Shown one piece after another: positions 9,313 to 20,800 of a stretch of 64,000 nucleotides of DNA; positions within the stretch are counted from its first letter, which is position 1; every line of letters begins with the position of its first letter. The stretch is taken from positions 7,713 to 71,712 of the forward strand of contig CANPZO010000002.1 of NCBI GenBank assembly GCA_947589005.1. The letters are read 5' to 3'. The stretch comes from an uncultured Clostridia bacterium (GTDB taxonomy: Bacteria > Bacillota > Clostridia > UMGS1883). The notes under the pieces were generated by a model. That model did not search any database. It was not told the DNA's origin and was given only the letters and a program-made list of their open reading frames with translations. The translations under genes and the position numbers were made by a program.

Positions 9313-9441
9313 TGTGTCTTATTGCGGTATTGTAGTAGGGGAAATGTGATGTTGTTATAGGATTTTTCAATCGCTCATGCACCAAAGCTCCTTTCAGATA
9401 TATATCATTACTTTGATATTATCAGAAAGGAGTTTTTTATT

Positions 9442-9810
9442 ATGAAAAAAATCTGGACAAAAGCGCAGTGCCATGAGCTTATGGGGCTTCCGCCTCCTGT
9501 TCATGTTAAGATTAATGAAACTGTCGCAATACTCAATTTTTACTATGGCGAGAACAGGGACGTTGACAAAAATCTCGGCGGATACGTTCTGTTGATAGAG
9601 AGCGAAAATAATTTTGAAAGCCTTAAAGCTATCTTTCATGAGGAGATAGAAAACCTGACCGCAGAATATGTGGATATAATCTCATGCGAAAACACGTCCG
9701 CATATGTATGCGCTCAAATTGTGCTCTCTGACGATTATTCCGTCGTAATGCTTATTCCCCGTCCAATAACGCCAAACTCGCTGTTAGAACAGGCAAATTC
9801 AAGCTCATAG
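9442..9810 (+). CDS. Hypothetical protein (122 aa), paralog of 3314..3682
   Basis: About 93% amino-acid identity to the copy A gene, with the same RBS context. Confidence 0.6.
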   Translation: MKKIWTKAQCHELMGLPPPVHVKINETVAILNFYYGENRDVDKNLGGYVLLIESENNFESLKAIFHEEIENLTAEYVDIISCENTSAYVCAQIVLSDDYSVVMLIPRPITPNSLLEQANSSS

Positions 9811-10084
9811 GTAATGCCATAAGCGGTTGATGAAACATATATTATCATTTTGATATATACCAGCGGCCGACTGTGCAGGAACATAGTCCATCGCTCCTAT
9901 TCTACTTAAGAGAGACTTGTATTTTATAAAAAGCTGTGTTATTATACATATGATTTTACTCATCAATAAACTACATCTCAGATCTTGGTGTAAATAAAAA
10001 AATTATATAAAAACCGAACCTTTTACGCTGATTTTGTCACTATATAATGTCAGTACTGAAAAAATTATGAAAGTGGGATGCCAT

Positions 10085-12571
10085 ATGAAACGGTACAGTG
10101 ACCGGAGCGATGGCGAGCTTGTCTACATGACTCTAAGCGGTGACACAGATGCTTATGGAGAGCTGGTTGCCCGGCACAAAAATACAGTCTACAATGCGGC
10201 TTATGCTGTTGTGCATGAGCATTACGCGGCGGAGGACATCGCCCAAGACAGCTTTGTGGACGGCTTTATGCAGCTTCACCGGCTTTACGATCCGAACAAG
10301 TTTCCGGGCTGGATATATGCTGTCGCCCGGCGCAAGGCATTGCATTACGTCTCTCGCCGGCGGACGCATGAGGACATAGACAATGTTCCGGCAGTCAGCG
10401 CCGGCAGCGACCCTCTTGCCCGTATACTGAAAGAGGAAAGAATAAACGAAGTCAGAGCCGCTGTTGACGCCCTTTCTGAGAAAAACAGAACCGTAGCGGA
10501 GTTATTCTATTTTAAGAATGTTAATGTCAGCCGGATATCCGCTTTATTGGCTCTGCCGGAGGGAACTGTTAAGCGCAGGCTTCATGAGGCAAGAAAAAAA
10601 CTTAAAGAGAGGTTGGGATATATGCACGAAATGAGAAAAGAGGTCTCTGCCGATTTTGAAAAGATAGTGCAGAGGAAGATCAAGGAGTTGTCCGATTACG
10701 TGAGGCTCCACGGTTATGACGAGGATTATGATAAGCTGATCGGGGAGCTGGTGGACTTTGTTGTAACCCTGCCGGACTCCGAAGAAAAATGGTCGGCATC
10801 AGAAAATGTGGCTGAAACGCTTAGAGATATGTTTTTCTACCAATTCCGCGGGATGAATGATAATCATGAGGAGGCTATAAAATTCTTTGATACTGTGGCA
10901 GTTCCAAAAATGGAGAGCCTGAAAAATAACACCGGCATGGGTGATATTCTGTTTTGGCGTGGAGTGTGCAAATTTGCGCTTCGCCAAACAAATGAGGCCC
11001 GGGCCGACTTTACGGAGTCCCTGCGGCACTCAAAACCCTCCGATATTATGCACGCTTTGGCGGTTTCGGCTGTCAGGACGGTTGATCTGCTGAAAGAAAA
11101 TGCCGAGGACAACATACTGGGATATCAAATCACAGCCGAGGGCTACCGTTATGAGGGAGGAAAGCTCATTTTCCGAAGCCAGCCGGGAATTATCTCCGGC
11201 CGCCAGCACGAGAGCCTTAGTCATGTTTCCTTGGGATATTTCCTGTCGCGCTGTGATGACATTATGTTTGATACAGAAATGAAGGTGGGAGACATTCGCA
11301 CGAGCGACGGCGGAAGGATAAGTCTCGCGCTTGTTGCCCTTGACGAAAGCGTTACCGTTCAGGCGGGGACCTTTGAGTGTATGCACCTGATTTTGACTGA
11401 GGCGGGAGAGGTTACAGATGTCTGGTACTCCGATGGCATTGGCCTTGTTCGCGCAAGGTTCAATGGTCAGGAAAATGAGGAGGTTTACGAGCTGTCGGAG
11501 TATGAAATCAAGGGCGGCGAGGGGTATTGGCCTTTCTGTGAGGGCAACCGCTGGCGGTATGAAAACCCCGGTGTGCCCGACTACATTTATTATCGGCTGG
11601 AATATGAGGTGGACTGGACTGACGGTGCCTCCGCCAACCTATCCTACGTTACACCCATTGCATATAAGAAGAATTACGATTTGGAATATAGCATGGACAG
11701 CGATATGTATATTGATAAATGTTATCTCTGCTGCGACAACTGGGAGATAGATGAGGCTATTGAAGCTCTACGGCTGGCCGTTAGGGAAAACACATCACAG
11801 CAAGCGGCCTTGGCGGCTCTGGGCGGCATCGAGTATCTCGAATGGTTCAGAGATCTCAACAACAAGAATTACCGCTTCTGCCCGTCGAGCTACGCCGTCA
11901 GCAAAATCGGAAGGCTCGGCGACAAGATAGTTTATTCAGAGGGCGGAGTATATAGGTTTGGGCCATACCGTCTCGGTACCCGTTTTGAGGAAAACCGTAT
12001 TTTCGGTTATAAGCCCTTGCGATATCTGGAAATACTCTGTGACTGCGTCTGGGATGATAGCTGGGTTGACGGATACAGAAGCGAATGGAAATATGATGAC
12101 GCGGATGTTACGCTAACCGTGAATAAGGCGGGAGAAATTACCGTTCCGGCGGGTACATTTGCAGACTGCTTGAAGGTGATCATTACCGCCGAAGCTTCGG
12201 GTCTCAGCGGCGGCTGCTACTTTGACGATTACTCTCACACCTGGCGGGGAAAAAAGGAATACTGGTTCGCGCCCGGAGTGGGACTTGTACGCTTTGATTG
12301 TGAATGGGGTGATGTGCTGGACGCCTCTGCGCAATTGGTAAATTACCGTAATCCTGCCGGAGAATATAGATATTTCCCCTTGGCGCTGGGCTGCGAATGG
12401 GAGTATGACGAAGTGAATATGTCTCGCGAGGGCTACTGCGCTAAACGAATCATGAAAGTTATGTGCGGCATGAACAAACAATACCTGATGCAAGACATAA
12501 GCAAGGGCGTATTCCTTGGCACAGAAGAAGAGTATGAGGAATTTAAGAGAAAAATCTCGAAAAACAATTAA
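10085..12571 (+). CDS. ECF-type sigma-70 family protein fused to a long (about 650 aa) C-terminal extension with an internally duplicated domain
   Basis: Sigma region 2 ('YNAAYAVVHEHYAAEDIAQDSFVDGFMQL...PGWIYAVARRKALHY') and region 4 HTH ('LSEKNRTVAELFYFKNVNVSRISALLALPEGTVKRRLHEARKKL'). The C-terminus shows twice '...AGTF..C....IT.A.......YW.APGVGLVRF...' with no TM segment. The start is taken at MKRYS (the upstream ATG lacks an RBS). Confidence 0.7.
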   Translation: MKRYSDRSDGELVYMTLSGDTDAYGELVARHKNTVYNAAYAVVHEHYAAEDIAQDSFVDGFMQLHRLYDPNKFPGWIYAVARRKALHYVSRRRTHEDIDNVPAVSAGSDPLARILKEERINEVRAAVDALSEKNRTVAELFYFKNVNVSRISALLALPEGTVKRRLHEARKKLKERLGYMHEMRKEVSADFEKIVQRKIKELSDYVRLHGYDEDYDKLIGELVDFVVTLPDSEEKWSASENVAETLRDMFFYQFRGMNDNHEEAIKFFDTVAVPKMESLKNNTGMGDILFWRGVCKFALRQTNEARADFTESLRHSKPSDIMHALAVSAVRTVDLLKENAEDNILGYQITAEGYRYEGGKLIFRSQPGIISGRQHESLSHVSLGYFLSRCDDIMFDTEMKVGDIRTSDGGRISLALVALDESVTVQAGTFECMHLILTEAGEVTDVWYSDGIGLVRARFNGQENEEVYELSEYEIKGGEGYWPFCEGNRWRYENPGVPDYIYYRLEYEVDWTDGASANLSYVTPIAYKKNYDLEYSMDSDMYIDKCYLCCDNWEIDEAIEALRLAVRENTSQQAALAALGGIEYLEWFRDLNNKNYRFCPSSYAVSKIGRLGDKIVYSEGGVYRFGPYRLGTRFEENRIFGYKPLRYLEILCDCVWDDSWVDGYRSEWKYDDADVTLTVNKAGEITVPAGTFADCLKVIITAEASGLSGGCYFDDYSHTWRGKKEYWFAPGVGLVRFDCEWGDVLDASAQLVNYRNPAGEYRYFPLALGCEWEYDEVNMSREGYCAKRIMKVMCGMNKQYLMQDISKGVFLGTEEEYEEFKRKISKNN

Positions 12572-12605
12572 CGTTTAAGTATCCATTGGTCCTCCGTCTG
12601 ACATA

Positions 12606-12640
12606 ATGAAAAACGGCTGTCGGTGACAGCCGTTTTCTCT
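12606..12640 (+). terminator. Intrinsic terminator after the sigma-fusion gene
   Basis: 'aaaacggctgtcggtgacagccgttttctcttt'. Confidence 0.6.
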
Positions 12641-13242
12641 TTAGTTCTTGCAAAGTTCTTAACGCCGGTGTATTGAACGAGTTTCATGCAATATTAATCT
12701 TTTCGTGAATTATATTTTTTACAACAATGCAATTTAAAAAAGAGAACATTTCAAAATTTGTTAATGGGGTAGGTGAATATAATTTTGACTGTAAATACAA
12801 AATGGCGGTTGTGTCCCATTTGTCTATCTTAAGATCTACGCCCATATACAAGTTATCATCTCTGTAGAAAATGGGGGGCGGGCTCTAACTATACCAACAG
12901 CAAAGTCTTTTGGCTCAGAAAGGAGATGCCAAGCTGTTGGAGCCATATAAAATCCCATGTATCCTGCGCATAGGAAATCAGGACGAAAACGGATCGGCGG
13001 GAACAGCCGTTCCGATGATGAAAAATTGACGTTTATGCAAAAATATGGCTGGCTGATGGAGGACACGGATGTGAGGTTTTACAGCTCATTTTTTAAACAG
13101 CAGCGTAAAGAAACGCAAAAATAGGATTTAAATGAAAATGCAGTGCTTAGGCACATGGTGAACAAAGTCGTATATATACACTTTATGGTAAATATAAATG
13201 GTTAATATTTTGCGCAATTTCCTATCATCGTATTTTATACAC

Positions 13243-13271
13243 TTGATTTTATCAGTCATATCATTTATAAT
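13243..13271 (+). promoter_or_regulatory. Sigma-A-like promoter for the LysR gene (TTGATT-17-TATAAT)
   Basis: Hexamers at 13243-13248 and 13266-13271. Confidence 0.5.
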
Positions 13272-13328
13272 ATTTATGTATAACCGCAAAAAAATTACAA
13301 TGAGCGCACGTCGAAAGGAAAAAATGCC

Positions 13329-14213
13329 ATGTTGAAACAAATCAGATATTTTCACGCCGTGGTGCGTCTGGGCAGCTTCAGCGAGGCGGCGGAGCAATGT
13401 TACATATCGCAGTCCGCGATCTCTCAGCAGGTTCAGGCCCTGGAGCGGGAGCTGGGCGTAACGCTGCTGAAACGGGAGAACCGGCATTTTTCTCTGACGC
13501 CCGCCGGAGAGCATTTCTACCGGCAAAGCCTTTTATTTATGGCGGACTTTGACCGGCTGTGCAAGGAGACGAAACAAATCGCTCAGGGAGATGATTTTGT
13601 CCTGCGCGTCGGATATACCAAGGGATACGGCGGCGCGGAATTTCAGCGGGCGGTGGCGGAATTTACGGCGAAATACCCCGATGTTCCCATCGACATGAAA
13701 AACGGCAATCACGAGGACTTGTATGAACTACTGCGCGGTGGACAGGCGGATTTGGTGCTGAACGACCAGAGGCGCGCTTTTTCGGACGAGTACGTCAATA
13801 CCGTCCTGACCGTAATAAACTGCTATATCGAAATATCCGCCAGAAATCCCATTGCCGGGTTGGATTATGTCAATGTCAGCGATCTGCGGAACACTCCCTG
13901 TATTTTGGTCGCATCGAAAGAGCAGCAGGAAAACGAACGGTCCTATTATCATGAGATATATGGGATCGAGAGCCAATTTATATTCGCCGAAAATTTGGAT
14001 GAAGCACGGCTCATGGTCGTGAGTGGGAAGGGCTTTCTCCCCATTGAGGGAGGCGAGGCGCCGTCGCAGTTTGCCGAGACGATTGCGCGGCTTCCCCTTT
14101 GCCGAAACGGAAAACCCATAAGACGCAATTACTGCGCTTTTTGGAAGGTCAATAACTCCGGCTACTATATCGAGGAATTTGCCGAGATATTGAAAGCTCA
14201 GTTTAAGAAATAG
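13329..14213 (+). CDS. LysR-family transcriptional regulator
   Basis: N-terminal LysR HTH 'IRYFHAVVRLGSFSEAAEQCYISQSAISQQVQALERELGVTLL'. 294 aa. Confidence 0.85.
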   Translation: MLKQIRYFHAVVRLGSFSEAAEQCYISQSAISQQVQALERELGVTLLKRENRHFSLTPAGEHFYRQSLLFMADFDRLCKETKQIAQGDDFVLRVGYTKGYGGAEFQRAVAEFTAKYPDVPIDMKNGNHEDLYELLRGGQADLVLNDQRRAFSDEYVNTVLTVINCYIEISARNPIAGLDYVNVSDLRNTPCILVASKEQQENERSYYHEIYGIESQFIFAENLDEARLMVVSGKGFLPIEGGEAPSQFAETIARLPLCRNGKPIRRNYCAFWKVNNSGYYIEEFAEILKAQFKK

Positions 14214-14382
14214 AATATTTGATTCTGTCTAAGAGCCTGCCGGTGCAGGTTCTTTTTTCGTATTAGCTTTTGCTTATAGATAAGCCCCGAAAATCGAATT
14301 GCACTTTCCGACGGAAAGCTGTACAATATAAAGTGTAAATATGGCTTCGGAAGATAAAACAAATCATAAGGAGGACTTTATC

Positions 14383-14904
14383 ATGGATAAAAATCTGATC
14401 ATCTACTACTCCCGCAAAGGGAAAAACTACGTAAACGGCGGCATCAAAAATCTTGCCAAGGGCAACACGGAGATCGTGGCGGAGTTTATCCAAAAAGCAG
14501 TGGGCGGCGACCTTTTTCAGATCGAGACGGTAAAGGAATACGCAGCGGACTATTATGCCTGCACTGACGAGGCTAAGAAAGAACTGCGCGAACAGGCAAG
14601 ACCGGAGCTGAAAAAGTATCTGGACAGCATTGACTGTTACGACAACATTTTTGTTTGCGGCCCATGCTGGTGGGGAACTTTCCCGATGGCGGTGTTCACC
14701 CAGCTTGAAAGGCTGGATTTCACCGGCAAAAAGGTAATGGCCGTCATGACCCATGAGGGCAGCGGCCTCGGCTCCTGCGAGCGCGACCTGAAGAAAATCT
14801 GCGTGGGCGCGTCCTTTGGAAAAGGGCTTGCCATTCACGGCGCGGACGCCGCAAGGTCCGAAAGCACGGTTGCGGCATGGACGAAAAAGGCCGCCGCAAA
14901 TTGA
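14383..14904 (+). CDS. Flavodoxin-family protein (Flavodoxin_4-like), cytoplasmic
   Basis: RBS AAGGAGG before MDKNLIIYYS. Motifs 'LIIYYS...G.T' and 'FVCGPCWWGTFP'. Paralogous to the flavodoxin domains at 37768, 35687 and 38466. Confidence 0.8.
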   Translation: MDKNLIIYYSRKGKNYVNGGIKNLAKGNTEIVAEFIQKAVGGDLFQIETVKEYAADYYACTDEAKKELREQARPELKKYLDSIDCYDNIFVCGPCWWGTFPMAVFTQLERLDFTGKKVMAVMTHEGSGLGSCERDLKKICVGASFGKGLAIHGADAARSESTVAAWTKKAAAN

Positions 14905-14929
14905 TGATTTTAATAAGGAGGAAAGCAAA

Positions 14930-15784
14930 ATGATTCTTGACAGAAACGAAAACAAAGAAGTGGTTGTTCTTTTGGGCGCCGGCAGCATGGGGTGCGCCAT
15001 TGTCCGCCGCATTGCCGCGGGCAAAAAGATTTTGCTGGGCGACATCAGCGAAAAGGCGCTGGAGAGGGTTTCCCGTGAGTTCACCTACGGCGGGTACGAT
15101 GTGGAAACGCAGGCCGTAGACGCCTGTGATGAGCAGTCCATAAGGGCATTCGCGGAAAAGGCCGCCTCTCTCGGTCCGGTAATGTACTACATCCACACGG
15201 CGGGCGCGTCCCCCAGTCAGGCAAGCCCGGAACATATCATCAAGCTCGACTTGATCGGCACCTCCTACGCCATTGACGCTTTCGGTGAAGTGATGGCGCG
15301 GGGCGGCGCGGGCCTCATCGTTTCCAGCCAGACCGGGTATATGCCTCATACCCTCACTGCCGAGGACGAAGAAGCCCTTGCCATGACGCCGACTGATAAG
15401 CTCGCCTCCCTCCCTTGTCTCGACGGCTCGAAAACGCCTAATCAGGGCGCGGCCTATATCGTCTCCAAGCGGGTGAATCAGCTCCGCGTCCGCACGGCGG
15501 CGGCCACAACATGGGCGGATCGAGGTGCAAGGATTAACACCATAAGCCCCGGCATCATCGTGACGCTATTGGCCTATGACGAGTTCAATTCGCCGGGCAA
15601 CACCTATCAGAACATGATCGACTGCTCCGCCGTGGGCCGCGCGGGAACATCGGACGAGATCGCGGCGGCGGGCGCGTTTTTGCTGGGGACGGACGCCGGA
15701 TTTATCACGGGAACCGATTTGCTCATAGACGGCGGCGTGATCGCTTCTCTTAAAAGCGGGCGGTTCAATCTCAATATCAGGTAA
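14930..15784 (+). CDS. Short-chain dehydrogenase/reductase (SDR)
   Basis: RBS AAGGAGG. Rossmann 'VVVLLGAGSMGCAIVRRIA'. SDR catalytic region 'AAYIVSKRV'. Confidence 0.85.
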   Translation: MILDRNENKEVVVLLGAGSMGCAIVRRIAAGKKILLGDISEKALERVSREFTYGGYDVETQAVDACDEQSIRAFAEKAASLGPVMYYIHTAGASPSQASPEHIIKLDLIGTSYAIDAFGEVMARGGAGLIVSSQTGYMPHTLTAEDEEALAMTPTDKLASLPCLDGSKTPNQGAAYIVSKRVNQLRVRTAAATTWADRGARINTISPGIIVTLLAYDEFNSPGNTYQNMIDCSAVGRAGTSDEIAAAGAFLLGTDAGFITGTDLLIDGGVIASLKSGRFNLNIR

Positions 15785-15892
15785 GAAAGTCAGTGCGAAA
15801 ATGGAGCGGCGTGGACAGCCGTTCCGTTTTTTATGGCTCATTATCGTCGCCCTTAATTTCATTCAATTCATGAACCGTTTTCTTACCCGGCT

Positions 15893-15940
15893 TCAACCTT
15901 TTGGTTTAACCGTATAAACTTTTTTGAACTTCCCTTTTTT
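15893..15940 (+). promoter_or_regulatory. Conserved upstream element copy 1 (aaccttttggtt...ataaacttttttgaacttcc)
   Basis: One of three copies (also 33066..33112 and 37652..37725), each about 45-50 bp upstream of a start codon. Confidence 0.6.
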
Positions 15941-15991
15941 GATAAGCTGTTGTAAAATATGCTTAGGTAAAGTTTTCAGGGAAGGATGTGG

Positions 15992-17855
15992 AATGATGAA
16001 AAATATTATCGGAATGGTTCTGGGGCTGGCTGTCGTGCTGACTGCGTCAGCATGCAGCGCGGCGGAAAACGACAGCGGCAACGCTTCGAGCTTTATCCCC
16101 GACGCCAGACGGACTCAGACCATTTATTTTTGGGACGAGGGAAATGTCCCGGCCACCACAAGCTATACCGTCAACAACGGCAATTACTTTGATCCGCCCG
16201 AGTTCCGGCCGAATATGATTTTTTATCCGGCGGACGAGGGTACGCAGATAAAGGGCGCCGTGATGATAAATCCGGGCGGGGCTTTCATGTTCCGTGGCGA
16301 CAATGAAGGCGCTCCGGTGGCGAGAATGCTCAACCGTTACGGCTATCAGTGCTTTGTCGTCAATTACCGGCTCCGTCCCTATACCCAGGAGGAGGGCGCC
16401 CTCGACCTGGCGAGAGGCATAAGGTTCGTGCGGAAACACGCCGACATCTACGGCATCGACCCCCGGGATATAGCGTCAATCGGTTTCAGCGCCGGAGGAA
16501 TTCTGAGCGGAGAAGTGGCCATGAACTTTGACGGGCTTGTGAACGGGACCGCCATCGATAGTGGCTATGTCCCCGATGAACTGGATCAAGTGAGCGCCGA
16601 CTTGGCCGCGGAAGGGATGTTCTATTCATTTTACGGCAGGCTAAGCGTGGCGTCCCTCGACGTCGATAAGTTTCGGGAGGCCGAGCTGCCGCCAACCTAT
16701 GTCTGCTATGGCAGCAACGAGGTGTTCCGAGGTCAGATCGAAAATCACATTGTCGCCCTCCGCGAGGCGGGTATCCCTGTCGAGACTAATATGCTTGAGG
16801 GTCTGTACCACGGCTTTGCCTCGGGCGGCGGCTGGGGAGATGATTTTGACCGCTGGCTGAGCGGGGTTTTCGCGGAAAACGGCGGGGAGCTTACCGCTGA
16901 CTTTGCCTCGGCGGAACTGCGCGGCGGCGAGCTGACATACTCCCTCGACATAAAAGGGAACCCCGACAGAGCCGACATAATAGTCGCCTTTTACGACAGC
17001 GGCGGGACATTGGCGGGCGTGAACATAAATAAGCCGGAGGGCACGATAAACGCCGGTGGCGGAGGCACGCTAAAGCTGTTCCTGTGGGAGAAAGGGGCGC
17101 TCAGACCACTGACCGCGGCGAAAACCCTGCGTTTCGGCGGCGAACGGGAAACTCACCTCAACAATGTACTCGCCGGAGCGGACGGCAATATCCACTACAC
17201 CTACATTCTTCCGGCGGGGTACGACGAAAGCAAAACCTATCCCATGCTGATGACCTTGCCCGGCTGGAGCAATCTGTTCAATACCATCGAGACGACGCCC
17301 CTTACACAGAACCGTTACGCCGAGGGCAACGCGGCCGCGTGGACCGAGCTGGGAGGGGACTTCATCGTGGTTTCGCCCAGCCTCACCGACTGGGGCGCGA
17401 AATCGGCCCGTCAGACTGTTGAGCTTGCCGACTATTTTGTGGAAAACTTCCCCGTTGACCCAAAGCGGATATACGCGGCGGGCTTTTCCGCCGGAGGAGA
17501 GACTCTTTCGAGGGCGGTTGACATGAGGCCGGAGCTGTTCGCGGCCTATCTGCATATCTCGTCCCAGTGGGACGGCGGCTTTGAAAACGCGGCCTCCGCG
17601 CGTCTGCCGGTGTATATCTTCATAGCGGAGAACGACGAATACTACGGCTCGGCTCAGGCCCGCCGGGCATACGCTTCTCTTCGGGAAGCCTACGCCGCCG
17701 AGGGCATGACGGATGAGGAAATCGACGGGCTGCTGGTTCTGGACGTGCGGGACGATGAGTTCTTCAACGATCTGGGCATATACAGCTACCATGGCGGCGG
17801 AGGCGTCGCCGCAAACCAACAGGATATTATTTTGTGGATGTTAGGGAGGAATTAA
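15992..17855 (+). CDS. Secreted lipoprotein with two alpha/beta-hydrolase (esterase) domains separated by the recurrent YD..G.L/F.W..PL module
   Basis: Signal 'MMKNIIGMVLGLAVVLTASAC'. Domain 1 has 'NPGGAFMF' and the 'GFSAGG' nucleophile elbow. Domain 2 has 'GFSAGGETLS' (esterase / PHB-depolymerase-like). The middle carries 'AFYDSGGTLAGV...LFLWEKGALRPL'. Confidence 0.8.
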
Positions 17856-17857
17856 AA

Positions 17858-20800
17858 ATGAAAAAGCTTATTTCAATTCTTACGGCTGCGGCCCTTTTGA
17901 TTTGCTCAGTCGCCTGCGGCGCGGCGGGAGAACAGAACATGAGCGCCGCCGAAAAGGAGAGCTTCATAAGCGAAAATCTGGACGCCAGACACAGGCACCT
18001 GTCGGCCCTCGTAACCCTCAGCGCCAACATGGCCTACGACAAAATCGCCGGAGAGGTGGAGGCCGCTCTCAACGACGGCCTCACGCCCGTTGAGATAAAG
18101 GAGGCCATATATCACAGCGCGGCCTACTGCGGCTACACCCGGGCGGCGAGCGCCCTTGACGCGGCGGACGCGGCCCTTGAGGCCCTGGGCGCCGACACGG
18201 CTTACAGAACGCGGATAACCTCAAATGAGGAAAACCGCTACAATGACGGCCTGACGGTGCAGCGTTTCCTCTTTGGGCCGCAGATAGGCACAATAACCGA
18301 GGGCATGGCTCCCGCCATGAAGCTGCAAACCCTGTACCTTTCGGGAATATGCTTCGGCGACTTCTACAATCGCACCGGCCTCAGCCTTTACGACCGTGAG
18401 TTCCTGACCTTCTGCACCATAGTCGCCGACGGCAACTGTCAGGGTCAGCTCATGGGTCACGCCAATGGGAATTACGGCGTCGGACACTCCCCGGATATGC
18501 TTCGGGCGGCCATCCTCGCCAACGAGGAAGTGAACGGCCCTGAAAAGACCGCTCAGGCTCTGAACGTGATAGATACCGTGCCCGGCGCGGCGGCGGAGAA
18601 TGTGAAGCCGGAGCCGGAAGAAAAAACGCCCGTGACCCTTGACTACGAAAGCGACAGCGCCGAGCTTTTGGCCACAATGGAGCATTACAGGGCCGACGAC
18701 GCCGACGGCTTCATAGCCGCCAATCTGGACGGGCAGGCTCAAAACCTCGTCACAGAAGCGACGACAGCGGCAATAAACGGAGCCGCCGCTCCAACCTCCG
18801 ATAACAAGGCCCTGCAAAATCTCATCGACCTTGCGGTAATCGCCGCCGAGGGCGGACGGGAGGCCGAAGTCCCCGCCAAGGTGGCCGAGAGCATAAGCGC
18901 CGGAAACAGCGGCGACAGAATGTTGGCGGCGGCTCTGCTGGCCACGCCGTACAACGGCTTCCCCCGGACGCTGAACATCATGAGCGCGATTAATTCCGCC
19001 CTTGCCGATTTGCCCGAGCCGGAAAAGACCGTTGTCACCATGACAATAGGAAGTCCCACCATGACCGTGAACGGCGCCGAAGCTCCCATCGACGCTGAGG
19101 ACACCGTGCCCATGGTGACAAACGGACGCACCCTGCTGCCTGTACGGGCCTTCGTGGAGGCAATCGGCGGCAGCGTAAGCTGGGACGACGTGTCCCGTAC
19201 GGCGACCCTTACCTATAACGGAACCGAAATCAAGCTCACGATAGACTTGGCCGCCGCTATCCTTAACGGTGAGGAACGCACCCTTGACGTTGCCCCCGTC
19301 GTAGTAAACGGACGCACTATGCTGCCCATACGCTTCATCGCTGAGAGCTTCGGTTTTACGGTGCTGTGGAACGGAGAAACGCAGACCGTGACCGTAATCG
19401 ACGCGGACACAATAGATTACGTTTTCCCCAGAGGAATGGTAAATCCCGTCCCCAACTTCACCGGCGTGTCATATCTGAACTTCATGACCGGTTATGACGA
19501 AACAATGAAGATACCCTCCTTCGGGCTGGTGACCTTCGAGCCCTGCACAAGGACCGACTGGCACAGCCACGACGGCGGGCAGATACTCCTTGTGACCGAG
19601 GGAAGAGGGATATTCAAGGCCGAAGGAGAACCGGCCCGGTATATGCTCCCCGGCGACGTTATAATGATAGCTCCGGGGCAGAAGCACATCCACGCCGCCG
19701 CCGATGACAGTTGGTTCGCCCATATTGCGCTGAGCACCAATCCGGGCGCCGGTACCACCAACTGGTACGAAAAGGTCGGCGACGAGGAATACCAAACCTA
19801 CGTCGCCGAGGCGGAGGCCTCCGGCAGAACCGCCGAAGTGAGAAACACCGTGTTCCCCCGTGGCGAGGTTTACACCTCACAGGGCCTGATCGGTACGGCC
19901 TATAAAAACACCCTTGTTGAATATGAAAGCATCTGGAACTGTCCGGAGGTGGACAATTATACCCTTGAAGCCGGCGCGTCGGTAAGCCCCCACAGCCATC
20001 AGGGCGGTCAGATAATAGCCGTCACAAATGGCGGCGGCAGCTACACGGAAAACGGCGAAACAACAGAAATTAAGCCCGGTGACATTTTGACCGCTCAGCC
20101 CGGAGCAATTCACTCGATAACCGCCGGCGGAAGCGGGATTGCCTTCATAGCCGTGAACGGAAGTCCCGGCAGCGACGCTGTGAAATGGGAAAACGGCTCC
20201 GTTGCCCCGACCGAACAGTCCGCCGTGGCAAAAACCGAAGCGGGGCTTGTGCAGGGCGAGATCAGAAACGGCATATACACATATCTCGGCGTTCCATACG
20301 CCGAGGCGAAGGAGCGCTTCGTTCCGGCCGAAAAGGTGACCCCATGGGAAGGCGTGCGTCCGGCTCTCGAATACGGGCCAATGTCGCCCCAGGGCATGGT
20401 GCAGGGCGGCACGGACAACAACTGCCAGAATTTGAATATATGGACGCCGGCACTGGCCGACGGCGGTAAACGCCCGGTTATGGTGTGGCTCCACGGAGGC
20501 GGCTTTTCCTCCGGCACGGCCAACGAAACCACCACTGACGGCGAAAACCTCAGCCGTAAAGGCGACGTGGTCGTAGTTTCGGTCAATCACAGGCTGAACC
20601 TCATGGGACATCTTGACCTTTCGGCCTACGGCGACAAGTATAAATATTCCGCCAACGTGGGCATAGCCGACATAGTTGACTCCCTTGAATGGATAAGGGA
20701 CAATATCGAACAGTTCGGCGGCGACCCAAACAACGTGACCGTTTTTGGCGAGTCTGGTGGCGGCGCCAAGGTTCTGGCCCTGATGACCGCGCCCGAGGCA

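Larger units (their letters stand above)
9232..9815 (+). repeat. Direct repeat copy B (paralog of 3107..3690)
   Basis: Same terminator hairpins (9259-9312), same RBS hairpin, and a paralogous 122-aa gene. Confidence 0.85.

Noticed and set aside
12836-13066. 76-aa minus-strand ORF in the AT-rich spacer before the LysR gene
   Set aside because: No RBS and odd composition. It lies in a probable promoter or terminator region.
13128-13526. 132-aa minus-strand ORF over the LysR promoter and start
   Set aside because: It spans an AT-rich promoter region and the 5' end of a well-supported LysR gene, and its composition is not protein-like.
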